This document shows positions 27,458 to 35,807 of a stretch of 64,000 nucleotides of DNA, one piece after another. Below the pieces are notes generated by a model. It saw nothing but the letters and a program-made list of their open reading frames with translations. It was not told where the DNA came from and searched no databases. Positions within the stretch are counted from its first letter, which is position 1; each line of letters starts with the position of its first letter. The DNA lies in the IMG/VR virus record IMGVR_UViG_3300038441_001119, positions 124,001-188,000 of that record; one strand, 5' to 3'. The translations under genes were made by a program, and so were the position numbers.

Positions 27458-27620
27458 CTTCAGTTCGATCCTGCTCTATTTCCTCCTTGACTGCAAGATC
27501 TTTATCGGCTTTTATTTTATCTGTACACGCTTTAATAGCAGCCTCGTACGCAGAATTGCGTGGGCGACGGGTGTTCCAGTTGTTCCGATTGAGGAACAAA
27601 GCAGCAGTACGAGCAATCAT
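27402..27620 (-). CDS. Small hypothetical protein, back-to-back with terminase
   Basis: 72-aa charged ORF; ATG abuts the terminase ATG (CAT|ATG). Confidence 0.45.
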   Translation of the reverse strand: MIARTAALFLNRNNWNTRRPRNSAYEAAIKACTDKIKADKDLAVKEEIEQDRTEDERIERQERKDRYKPNTD

Positions 27621-29501
27621 ATGTATAAGTCTAACAAAGACCTTTATTCGCGAATTAGTAACGATACTAACTTCCGACTCAATATTAACAAACTATTTGG
27701 GAGATTTCAAATAGAAGCAGCGGAAGCAGCAAAAGGTCGTCCCGGCGCTGAGGAGAAGCGGGACAAGACGATGATGGAACTATTCCAGTATTGTGGTTGG
27801 AACGTTGGCATTTTCTTTCCCCTGTTCTTCCCCAAGATGATTGAAGGGGGTCCTCTGAATGTGATGCGTCGTCCGTTCGGATTCATGATGACCGAGCTGA
27901 ACGTCTCTGGTTACACCTGTATCAGGGGTAGTCGTCAGATCGCAAAGTCCACCAATCTTGTTGGCAGGCAGCTTGTTAAGGGATTCCTGTTTCCTCGGTT
28001 CAAGTCGATGTACATCTGTCCTCACAACAACCACAAGAAAACCTATCAGAACAGGTTTGCTGAAATGGAGGCGGCATGTCCGTTCATGGACTTCGTGTAC
28101 AAGAACCCTCGTCTCCGCACCAACCTTTCGTACAAGCAGTATCCTCTGGAAGGTGAAGTAAACATTGTGAACTGTCTGACCGACTCTTCGCAGGCGCGTT
28201 CGAAAACCACTGATGAGCTTCTGTACGACGAGTACCAGCTCTTTGACTGGACTCTTGAAGGTGATATTCGTCCCTGCCAATCGGTCTCTAAGATTCCGAT
28301 GACTGTGTATGCAGGAACCTCCACCACTGTCGACTCCCCTCTGGAGTTCCGGTACCAAGAGGGAAGCCAACATACGTGGAAGGTCAGAAGTCCGAACGGT
28401 AAGGATTGGATTGATTTCGGTGACGAGGAGTTGATGATCAAATGCATACGTCCTCGCGGTTTGGTGTGTCCTTACACTGAACGTCCCCTGAATGTCGCAC
28501 AAGGCGAGTACACTCCTACTTACAAGGATAGACATGAATATGGTTACACCAGTATCCATGTTCCTCAGCTTATTATCAAAGACAAGGTGGAGCACCGTAT
28601 CGACTGGGCTAAGATCTACGAAGCTTTTGAGGAGTTCGATAGACCGAAGTTCATGGAAGAGTTCCTTGGTATCCCCTCGGAACTGGGTGCTCGGGAAATT
28701 ACTGAGGCAGACCTTAAGGCGATCTGCACTCTTGGGAGCAAAGACGAGGTCTTTGAAAGGGTCAAACGCGGTGACTACAGTATTATTGTCTCTGGCTTTG
28801 ACTGGGGTGGTTCTGACCACATTCCACACATCAAAGCTTCCCGCGTTAGTTTCACTGCCAATGCTGTTCTTGGTCTATCTGCTGATGGATACGTTGATAT
28901 CCTTCATATGAGGCAGCACCATGGTATGAACTATGACTTCATTACCGGGCAGATTGCTGAGGACTACAGGAAGTACCAGTGTAACGCACTAGCTTGTGAC
29001 GCTGCTGGTGGTCAAGTCTACCTCAACAATCTTGATAAGCTTCTGAATCATAAGACTAACTTCCGGTTCGGTTACCACGCGCATGTCTTCCAACTGATGG
29101 GAGTTCCTTCGCATGGAGCGCCGAACCATTACACGTTGAACAAGCACGAGTCTATCGCCCAGCTGTTCCAAGCCATCAAGCACAAGAAGATTCGCTGCTA
29201 CAAGTGGGAGGAGTCCGGGCCGCGTCTTAGCGAGATCCTGAATGTACAACGTGTTCTTATCGAACCGCAGTCGGGACCTCCGAAGTATCACTATCACATG
29301 ACACCTCGGAATCCCGACGATACGGTTCATGCTTTGAACTACTCATATATTCTGATGCGCTTGCTTGCTGGTGAAAACGTTGTTCACGACGAACGCTTGA
29401 TGCGTACTATTCAACAGGCTGTGCGGGGCGAGAATACTTTCTCCCCATTCCAGACATTCGGTGGTGTACCGAATCTGTTCGGGGAAATCGTTTCCGGTTA
29501 A
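27621..29501 (+). CDS. terL: Terminase large subunit
   Basis: GSRQIAKST Walker A variant; LLYDEYQ Walker B; GTS coupling motif; GFDWGG and PDDTVHALNY nuclease motifs; start MYKSNK inferred. Confidence 0.88.
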   Translation: MYKSNKDLYSRISNDTNFRLNINKLFGRFQIEAAEAAKGRPGAEEKRDKTMMELFQYCGWNVGIFFPLFFPKMIEGGPLNVMRRPFGFMMTELNVSGYTCIRGSRQIAKSTNLVGRQLVKGFLFPRFKSMYICPHNNHKKTYQNRFAEMEAACPFMDFVYKNPRLRTNLSYKQYPLEGEVNIVNCLTDSSQARSKTTDELLYDEYQLFDWTLEGDIRPCQSVSKIPMTVYAGTSTTVDSPLEFRYQEGSQHTWKVRSPNGKDWIDFGDEELMIKCIRPRGLVCPYTERPLNVAQGEYTPTYKDRHEYGYTSIHVPQLIIKDKVEHRIDWAKIYEAFEEFDRPKFMEEFLGIPSELGAREITEADLKAICTLGSKDEVFERVKRGDYSIIVSGFDWGGSDHIPHIKASRVSFTANAVLGLSADGYVDILHMRQHHGMNYDFITGQIAEDYRKYQCNALACDAAGGQVYLNNLDKLLNHKTNFRFGYHAHVFQLMGVPSHGAPNHYTLNKHESIAQLFQAIKHKKIRCYKWEESGPRLSEILNVQRVLIEPQSGPPKYHYHMTPRNPDDTVHALNYSYILMRLLAGENVVHDERLMRTIQQAVRGENTFSPFQTFGGVPNLFGEIVSG

Positions 29502-30298
29502 ACCCAGACAAATTCCTCGGTCACCTCATCGCGGGTCTCAGCGAACTTGTGTTCGAGGTACTTGGGTGCGAGTTCGTTCCACTTAGCTTCGGCTAACAGT
29601 TTCACCTCCGTACTGTCGGGGTTATGTAGGGCGTACTTTGCCATATTGACCGCGTGTACGGTTACACCTTGCATCACACGGGGGAATATGTGCAAGTTTT
29701 TGGTGAATACGTCTACGTGCCTCGTGGTCTCGCTTCCATAGTTGAATAAGTTCAACGTACCGATCACCACCTTCTCCGGTGACACTTCATACATCGAATG
29801 GACATCGAGCTGAGAGTGCCCAAATAGAGCCGACCTTGTTTGTAGCGATTTACCAATCAATACTTCTCCACTAACGAACTGCACTTCTGCTCCAGAAGAA
29901 ACGTGACCCCTCACGTTGACGCTTTCTCTGAACTCTATCTTGGTACCAGAAGGACGAGCGTGGATACTATCGAGGGATTCCACGCTTGATCGGAACACAA
30001 GATCCCCGTCCGATTCGATACGACCATGCGCGTGAACACTTTCTAGGAAAATTGTCGTTCCAGTTCTCCGACGAGTAAAGTCCATGTTCTTGAACATTAC
30101 TACCGTACCAACTCCCACAGTCAATCCTTCATAAGTATGGCCTGCTGGTAGATGTACGATACCAAGTCCGGATTCTAGGACAAGTCTCGACTCTCTTGAA
30201 AGAGTGAGCAGCGTTGACTGTAGAGCTGGAAGAAGGATCTTCTCTTTGGAGAACCTATGCGCAGTCGTCAGGTCTTCTTTAGATATATGAAAGTCCAT
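29498..30298 (-). CDS. Beta-helix paralogue 4 with C-terminal tag (DEVTEEFVWV)
   Basis: GLG...LTVGVGT shared N-terminal motif; V/I/G-rich short strands. Confidence 0.75.
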   Translation of the reverse strand: MDFHISKEDLTTAHRFSKEKILLPALQSTLLTLSRESRLVLESGLGIVHLPAGHTYEGLTVGVGTVVMFKNMDFTRRRTGTTIFLESVHAHGRIESDGDLVFRSSVESLDSIHARPSGTKIEFRESVNVRGHVSSGAEVQFVSGEVLIGKSLQTRSALFGHSQLDVHSMYEVSPEKVVIGTLNLFNYGSETTRHVDVFTKNLHIFPRVMQGVTVHAVNMAKYALHNPDSTEVKLLAEAKWNELAPKYLEHKFAETRDEVTEEFVWV

Positions 30299-31098
30299 TA
30301 TATGAATACGTACTCTTCTTCGAGGACAGAGGTTGGCAGCTGAGGTCCATTGATGATGACTTTGGACTCCAGCTGTTTGGCGTAGGTCGGATGTCCCTTG
30401 AACAGGAACTCGTCACACCTGACAGGGTACTGCACATCGTTGGAATCGACGTTGTGGTGCCACAGTCCTTCCACGGTAACTGTGGGTAACGTTTTTTGTG
30501 CTGGGATGTCGGCGGGCCAGAGCTGGATCATACCTGTAGTCTCCAGTTTGGGGCATTTGACATTGCACTGTGCCATATGTATCTTGACAACCTTCACGGG
30601 ACTATCGAAGACGATATTGGCGAACTTCTCAGAATCGTTCTCAGCCATCGTGACAGGAACGACAATGATATAGTCGGCCTCGGCAGGACCCTTGATGTGA
30701 ATGAACATGTCACTCAATGCTACACCAGATGGACGTAACGACAGATTCAGTACAAGATCAGCTCCGGATGACCCTTTGTAGCTACCAGCAACAACAAGTT
30801 TATGCTTAACGATAATCTGCCGATTGTGCTCAAGGTTACCTCCTAAGTTTCCTGTAGTTAAAGTAAATTGGCAGGAATTAATCCTGATATTCGTTCCGCT
30901 ACCTACTTCGAGATGCCCTACGACACAGGTGGAACTAATATCGTATGCACCGAGGTCAGGAGCGATGGCAACATTGGGTAGACGGGATGGTTGTCCTTGC
31001 CTGCCTTGCTCTCGTCCCCATGCTGTAATAGCTGCGCTAAGGTTCGTAGTACGGGAGGTGATATTGATGTCGATTGTTGGTATTTCAGGTGGTTTCAT
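30298..31098 (-). CDS. Beta-helix paralogue 3 with C-terminal tag (SVLEEEYVFI)
   Basis: PDLG...LEVGSGT motif. Confidence 0.75.
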   Translation of the reverse strand: MKPPEIPTIDINITSRTTNLSAAITAWGREQGRQGQPSRLPNVAIAPDLGAYDISSTCVVGHLEVGSGTNIRINSCQFTLTTGNLGGNLEHNRQIIVKHKLVVAGSYKGSSGADLVLNLSLRPSGVALSDMFIHIKGPAEADYIIVVPVTMAENDSEKFANIVFDSPVKVVKIHMAQCNVKCPKLETTGMIQLWPADIPAQKTLPTVTVEGLWHHNVDSNDVQYPVRCDEFLFKGHPTYAKQLESKVIINGPQLPTSVLEEEYVFI

Positions 31099-31101
31099 AA
31101 T

Positions 31102-31860
31102 TTAGATCCACACGAATTCTTCTGTGATGGGTTCTGTAATGATGGCGACCTTTTTGAAGGCTATATTGGTGAACTTAAGTGACCCATGGTTAACCTTAGG
31201 TCCAAGTTCCTCCGTGCGCACCGCTACTGACAGGGTGGAATTGGTTGGCGGTACGTTGAACTCCGTACAATCTACAACAATATGCTCGGTTGAGCGTCTA
31301 CTGTTGGTAGCCGCAATACTCAACGCTGTAAGGGTACCATCTACACTCAGATGAGAGTACATACCGCGAGCCACTACCATGTGGCTGAGGGTGACATCTC
31401 CTTCTACAGTCAGGCTACCTGTTATTAGCAGCTTGTTGGTACCTGATACTTCTTTGCTGATAGGACCGCATATGGTACCTGACGACTTGGTCATACAATA
31501 CAAAGTACCGAAAGCGTGGTTGGCGAACGAGGCATTACCTGCTGGTCGACTTATCCCATTTTCAAACAGGAACTTTCCGTACAAGTCCATGGAGTACTGG
31601 TACCCCATTTTCCCCTGTACATGCACAGTACCATGTATGGAAATTCCAGATTCGAAATACAGTTCCGTACCTGCGCCGATCCGAAGGTGACGTACCACTG
31701 CCCAGAAAGCGATATAGACCACACCTAGTCCTCCGGGAACATCCCAGTCAATCGTGCGTCCCCGGTTGTTCATCGTGGACATACTGACCACTCTGTGAGT
31801 CATGCGAGGACGAAGCTCACAGTGATCCCACCCGTTTTGTGTTATGGTTGGAAATTTCAT
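31102..31860 (-). CDS. Beta-helix paralogue 2 with C-terminal tag (EPITEEFVWI)
   Basis: GLG...LRIGAGT; ITGSLTVEGDV repeats; ATG 31860 overlaps the upstream TGA. Confidence 0.75.
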   Translation of the reverse strand: MKFPTITQNGWDHCELRPRMTHRVVSMSTMNNRGRTIDWDVPGGLGVVYIAFWAVVRHLRIGAGTELYFESGISIHGTVHVQGKMGYQYSMDLYGKFLFENGISRPAGNASFANHAFGTLYCMTKSSGTICGPISKEVSGTNKLLITGSLTVEGDVTLSHMVVARGMYSHLSVDGTLTALSIAATNSRRSTEHIVVDCTEFNVPPTNSTLSVAVRTEELGPKVNHGSLKFTNIAFKKVAIITEPITEEFVWI

Positions 31861-32621
31861 ACAAATACGTACTCCTCTTCTATTGGACTGGTGACTGGTG
31901 CATATCCTTGCTTTGGTACATGCATAGGTTTTTCGCGAACATGGACGCTCTTGAAGTGTTCCTTGGTAGTACCATCTCCGAGACGGTCGCATATTACGTG
32001 GGTAGGCAAGGGACCACCGGCTCTGTCAGAGGACCATCCTGCCTCAAACGTACCGGCGTCAATATATGGAGGTGTGTTTCCGACAGGGAAGTCATAATGT
32101 TGTACCCAGTCGGCTAAGCTAAATGTACCACTGACAGTTACCTCCGAGCTTCCAGCAGAACCATCAGTATATTTTCCAGTGCAGGTGAGGTCTCCTTTGA
32201 CGATAAGCTGGGTTTGCTGCCCGTCCATTCTGATGGAGGTTGTTTCGCAGTTTCCGTCTACTGTAACAACGTCTTTTACAATGATGCGAACACCATACGA
32301 CGATTTGACGATAAGATCGCCTTTGACATGGCACGTTTCGTAGAACCCTAGGTCACCCTTAAGGACAGTGAGGTCGCCTCCGAAAACCGAATCGCGGTAA
32401 CAGAACGTAATCCCGTCCTGCATGGTTAGGTTAGTTCCATCGCCTACAATCGCGGTTCCGATAACAAGCGATCCATCATGGTAAATATCTCCCAAGTCTG
32501 GATCAATATGCAAGTCCATGTCACCTTTGCTGATGACTCTGTTGCTGTGTACCGGGAATGGCCAGACGATCTGACCGTCATGTGAAATGTTGTCTTTTGT
32601 GATTACTATTTTTTCTCTCAT
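31857..32621 (-). CDS. Beta-helix (bactofilin-like repeat) paralogue 1 with C-terminal tag (SPIEEEYVFV)
   Basis: PDLG...IVGDGT; VKGDL, VDGNC, VKGDL, VSGTF repeats. Confidence 0.78.
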   Translation of the reverse strand: MREKIVITKDNISHDGQIVWPFPVHSNRVISKGDMDLHIDPDLGDIYHDGSLVIGTAIVGDGTNLTMQDGITFCYRDSVFGGDLTVLKGDLGFYETCHVKGDLIVKSSYGVRIIVKDVVTVDGNCETTSIRMDGQQTQLIVKGDLTCTGKYTDGSAGSSEVTVSGTFSLADWVQHYDFPVGNTPPYIDAGTFEAGWSSDRAGGPLPTHVICDRLGDGTTKEHFKSVHVREKPMHVPKQGYAPVTSPIEEEYVFV

Positions 32622-32633
32622 TTTGGTTACACG

Positions 32634-32666
32634 AAAAAGCCCCGGAAGATTGCTCCTCCGGGGCTT
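32634..32666 (-). terminator. Rho-independent terminator
   Basis: AAGCCCCGGA...TCCGGGGCTT followed by TTT. Confidence 0.75.
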
Positions 32667-32699
32667 CGGTTTAGTTGAGTTTAGGAATTGTCTTCCATC

Positions 32700-32852
32700 T
32701 TATTGGCAGGATTCGCATGTACCATCAAGGTTGCATGCTGGTACGCCTAGTTCTGGCCAATCTTCATCTTCAACTTGGGACGGACCTTTCTGACCGATAA
32801 GTTCGTCTTCCTGTTCCTTACTCAACCGTTGCGTTTCGTTCTCCTTGCTCAT
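32700..32852 (-). CDS. 50-aa acidic peptide ending ACNLDGTCESCQ (RNR C-terminal tail-like)
   Basis: Hand-translated MSKENETQRL...WPELGVPACNLDGTCESCQ; sits between the AAA gene and the terminator. Confidence 0.65.
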   Translation of the reverse strand: MSKENETQRLSKEQEDELIGQKGPSQVEDEDWPELGVPACNLDGTCESCQ

Positions 32853-34203
32853 CTTCTTTTACAGAATCTTTAAGGTGGTGCTGCCAGTACCACTTGAAAG
32901 CCGCCTGAATACATTCGTTCTCCCAATTGGCGGCAGGCTGATCCTTCGAACTTTCGACCATAGCATCAATCTCGGCTTGAGGCAAACCATTCATGATACG
33001 ATTGGCGAGGGAGGTGCGTCCTTCCTTGCTCAAATAGGGAACTTCCACCTTACGATCCACGCGTCCCGGTCTGAGCAGCGCCGGGTCCAGTTTCTCGATG
33101 TGATTGGTTGTCATGATGACCATACCCAACAGTGGGTCGACACCTGACAGCATGTTCAGCAGCGTTTCGAACGACAGCTTGGGACCATCGTGTTTCACTT
33201 GGTTTTCACGTCCAACAAAGATGGCATCAATGTCTTCCAGAAGGATGATCTTCGGTTCCCCCGCAGTCACCTTCTTATATAGTTTCTCCACGTCCGCATC
33301 ACAGAAGGTAGCCAAGTGAACCTTCAGGATCGGAATACCGTACTCTTCGGCGAGCACGCGTACAAGGGCGCTCTTACCGGTACCGGGGGCACCATAGAGC
33401 ATCAAACCACGTTTGCAGGGGATACCTCGTTCACGCATCCATGTCTTTGCTTTGATGAAGGTTTCAAATTCATCACGAAGGACCTGCATGCTTGGGTCCA
33501 GATAGTACCGGGAGAATGGCTTGATCTTCTTGGAAGTACCGAACTCATCAACCACACGGTTATACATTGGGTATACGTCCACAGCCCGTTTACCGGCTCC
33601 ACGAACAATTCTGAGAACCGAGTCCATGGAACCTGCTCCGGGAGAGTCGTGGGCCATTTTAGCTCCGCCTCCACCATGGGGAGCTGGGTCGGCATTACCG
33701 AACATACTGTCCACCGCATTCTTGTTGTTGGTAGTGATGGAGCCGTAGACGTTCTCCACGTAGAAGTTATCAGACCTTAGGGAGGCCAGACTCTCATTCT
33801 CGTGCCCATACCAGCTTTGTCCTGCCTTTTCGATCAGCTTTTTGCCATTCACCCAGCCACGTATGTAAGTGAGCGTACCTTGACTCTCACTTTCCACAGT
33901 CCAGATTACCAGCTTGCCTTTCAACCAGAAGATAGCAGGCTTTGTATCCACTTCGATCATGACCGGGGCTAGGTCATTGATCTCTCGGTGTCGTTCAAAG
34001 ACGCCTACAAATTGAGTGGGACCAAACTTGATATGCTTCCACTCTTTCCATAGTTGGCAGTGTAAGTGAGAAGCAGGTCTCCCTGTGATCTTCACCCTTA
34101 CCACCAGAATTGTACTAAGGCGCAACAAGAAGGACTTGATCTGCCCATACAGCATGATGATAGGAGCCAGCCATGCCAGTCCTGCGATATTGCTTAAATT
34201 CAT
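32818..34203 (-). CDS. BCS1-like membrane-anchored AAA+ ATPase
   Basis: N-terminal hydrophobic segment; RGIPCKRGLMLYGAPGTGKS; LLEDID; TTNHIEKLDPALLRPGRVD (SRH). Confidence 0.88.
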   Translation of the reverse strand: MNLSNIAGLAWLAPIIMLYGQIKSFLLRLSTILVVRVKITGRPASHLHCQLWKEWKHIKFGPTQFVGVFERHREINDLAPVMIEVDTKPAIFWLKGKLVIWTVESESQGTLTYIRGWVNGKKLIEKAGQSWYGHENESLASLRSDNFYVENVYGSITTNNKNAVDSMFGNADPAPHGGGGAKMAHDSPGAGSMDSVLRIVRGAGKRAVDVYPMYNRVVDEFGTSKKIKPFSRYYLDPSMQVLRDEFETFIKAKTWMRERGIPCKRGLMLYGAPGTGKSALVRVLAEEYGIPILKVHLATFCDADVEKLYKKVTAGEPKIILLEDIDAIFVGRENQVKHDGPKLSFETLLNMLSGVDPLLGMVIMTTNHIEKLDPALLRPGRVDRKVEVPYLSKEGRTSLANRIMNGLPQAEIDAMVESSKDQPAANWENECIQAAFKWYWQHHLKDSVKEDEQGERNATVE

Positions 34204-35018
34204 ACGATAAGGTTAAGGGTCTTTGCGAAAAACTTGATGTCGACATCTGGGTCGATTCCTTCAAGCCCAGTTTCAAGGGACCATGGTTTGCCATAGTGCG
34301 TTAGGAACAGATCGGTCTTCAACTTCTTATTGCGCCAATGTTTGGTCAGCTCAGAGAAGTGACAGTGGTTACCTCCCACCACTTTACCGTGATTCTTGGC
34401 ATCATGTATGACGATGTCAGATTGCTCACACAGGTCATGAGGCTCCATACAGTCGGACGTGAAAAGAACACGGTTACCGTTGTCACTGACGAACCAGAGA
34501 CCATAGTTGGACTTGAACTGGTCATCGTACATGCTGCCCGCTTGCTGCTTGAAGAGAGGCATGTGCCGTGAGAACTGATACTGGAACCGAATACCTTGCC
34601 AGACGAATGACTTGTAGTTGGGCATAGCATCGCGATCAAAGTAATCGTCAACAGTGATACCCCTTCCATCGTAGAACGCTTCCAGACCATGCATCAGTGC
34701 GGTGTCCAGTTCGTCCATAACGTCAGGGTGTCCGAACAACTTGGGACGTATCCTCTTTCCGTTCTCGTCAGTCTTGGGGATGTAGTACCTCGAATGGGCC
34801 AGCATCTCCAGACCTCCCATATGGTCACCGTGAATGTGGGAGATATAGACGGCATCAATATCCGTGAAGGGAATCTTGAACTCGTCCCTAAGGATGTAGG
34901 GAGTCGTGGTACCGCAGTCGAAAAGTAGTTTCTTGTTGTTGTGTTCAATAAGGAAGGAAGAGTTGCCTTCGTCCATAGTCGCGAAGGCTCCACCGTTTCC
35001 GAGGGAAGTGATTTTCAT
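34200..35018 (-). CDS. MBL-fold hydrolase (RNase Z / Apyc1-like cyclic nucleotide phosphodiesterase)
   Basis: LGNGGAF...NSSFLI...LLFDCG...SHIHGDHMGGLE; FTSD; HDA; THY; start MKITSLG. Confidence 0.85.
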   Translation of the reverse strand: MKITSLGNGGAFATMDEGNSSFLIEHNNKKLLFDCGTTTPYILRDEFKIPFTDIDAVYISHIHGDHMGGLEMLAHSRYYIPKTDENGKRIRPKLFGHPDVMDELDTALMHGLEAFYDGRGITVDDYFDRDAMPNYKSFVWQGIRFQYQFSRHMPLFKQQAGSMYDDQFKSNYGLWFVSDNGNRVLFTSDCMEPHDLCEQSDIVIHDAKNHGKVVGGNHCHFSELTKHWRNKKLKTDLFLTHYGKPWSLETGLEGIDPDVDIKFFAKTLNLIV

Positions 35019-35061
35019 GTATTGGGTGCTAGTGGTAGGTAAAAAGAGGGAACGACGAAAT

Positions 35062-35100
35062 CCTAGCCCACTCGCCTCGTGAAAGGACAGGTGGGCTAGG
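35062..35100. promoter_or_regulatory. Intergenic hairpin
   Basis: CCTAGCCCAC...GTGGGCTAGG 10-bp stem. Confidence 0.5.
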
Positions 35101-35104
35101 ACGG

Positions 35105-35620
35105 TCATTTAAAGCTCGGATGGCACGCTATCACACGTACATTCCGAGACTTAAGGCATTCCGCCAAAGTTTCTATGAAGCTGACCATATGATCAAAGTC
35201 CGGTGGTGGGCCTAGAGGGTTAGCTAAGCCCTCTTTCCCTGCGCCTACACCCGGAATGGGTAAGGCAACCGTGTATTCGTTTTTAGCCAGCTCCCAAGGT
35301 GGTAGATGTTTCTGCACCAGCCGTGTCGCGTCGATAATGGCGGTTTCACACCATTCAGCACACGTCTGCACTGAGTACAGATCCTTAACTATGAGGTCGC
35401 CTATTGCGAGGTTATCGAGGGTAAATACAGCAGGATAAATATAGGCGTTCCCCGCTTCCGGGTACTCTTTCGCTTCTATCTTCCTACGGTATAACTGGAA
35501 GTACAACGGGAACCGCTGCTTGAACTCCAGCGCCAATCCTTTACCCATAGCACCAGCCCTGTTGGTGGTATTGAATATCAGATTGGCTCCACAATTGAAG
35601 AGGTCAGGAGCTTTTTCCAT
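35105..35620 (-). CDS. Macrodomain protein (DarG/Poa1p-like ADP-ribosyl hydrolase)
   Basis: NTTNRAGAMGKGLALEFKQRFP and ALPIPGVGAG macrodomain loops. Confidence 0.8.
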   Translation of the reverse strand: MEKAPDLFNCGANLIFNTTNRAGAMGKGLALEFKQRFPLYFQLYRRKIEAKEYPEAGNAYIYPAVFTLDNLAIGDLIVKDLYSVQTCAEWCETAIIDATRLVQKHLPPWELAKNEYTVALPIPGVGAGKEGLANPLGPPPDFDHMVSFIETLAECLKSRNVRVIACHPSFK

Positions 35621-35807
35621 CGAAGAATTCTCGTAGTTGTTTGACTACTTTAAATGCTGCAAATGGTTTGGCGAACCAGAAGGTGAAGGTGTAAGACATC
35701 AAGACACAGAACACGAAGTACCTCTGTCTCGCTGCTTCTTCTTTCACTTTTTCCAGTTCTCCTTTCAGCTGAGTAATCTCGGCTTCAAGTTCCAGCACCG
35801 ACCTCAA
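35604..35807 (-). CDS. Small protein with coiled coil and hydrophobic segment
   Basis: 67-aa ORF filling the gap. Confidence 0.5.
   Translation of the reverse strand: MRSVLELEAEITQLKGELEKVKEEAARQRYFVFCVLMSYTFTFWFAKPFAAFKVVKQLREFFDGKSS

Noticed and set aside
27351-27620. N-terminal hydrophobic extension of terminase in the ORF track
   Set aside because: It starts at TTG and overlaps minus-strand genes; ATG 27621 is more plausible
145-32621. The tag is only a Shine-Dalgarno (GAGGA) for the next coupled gene
   Set aside because: Several copies use GAAGAA; spacing to the ATG is about 12 nt; the copy at 29498 has no downstream co-directional gene; and the genome otherwise lacks SD sites
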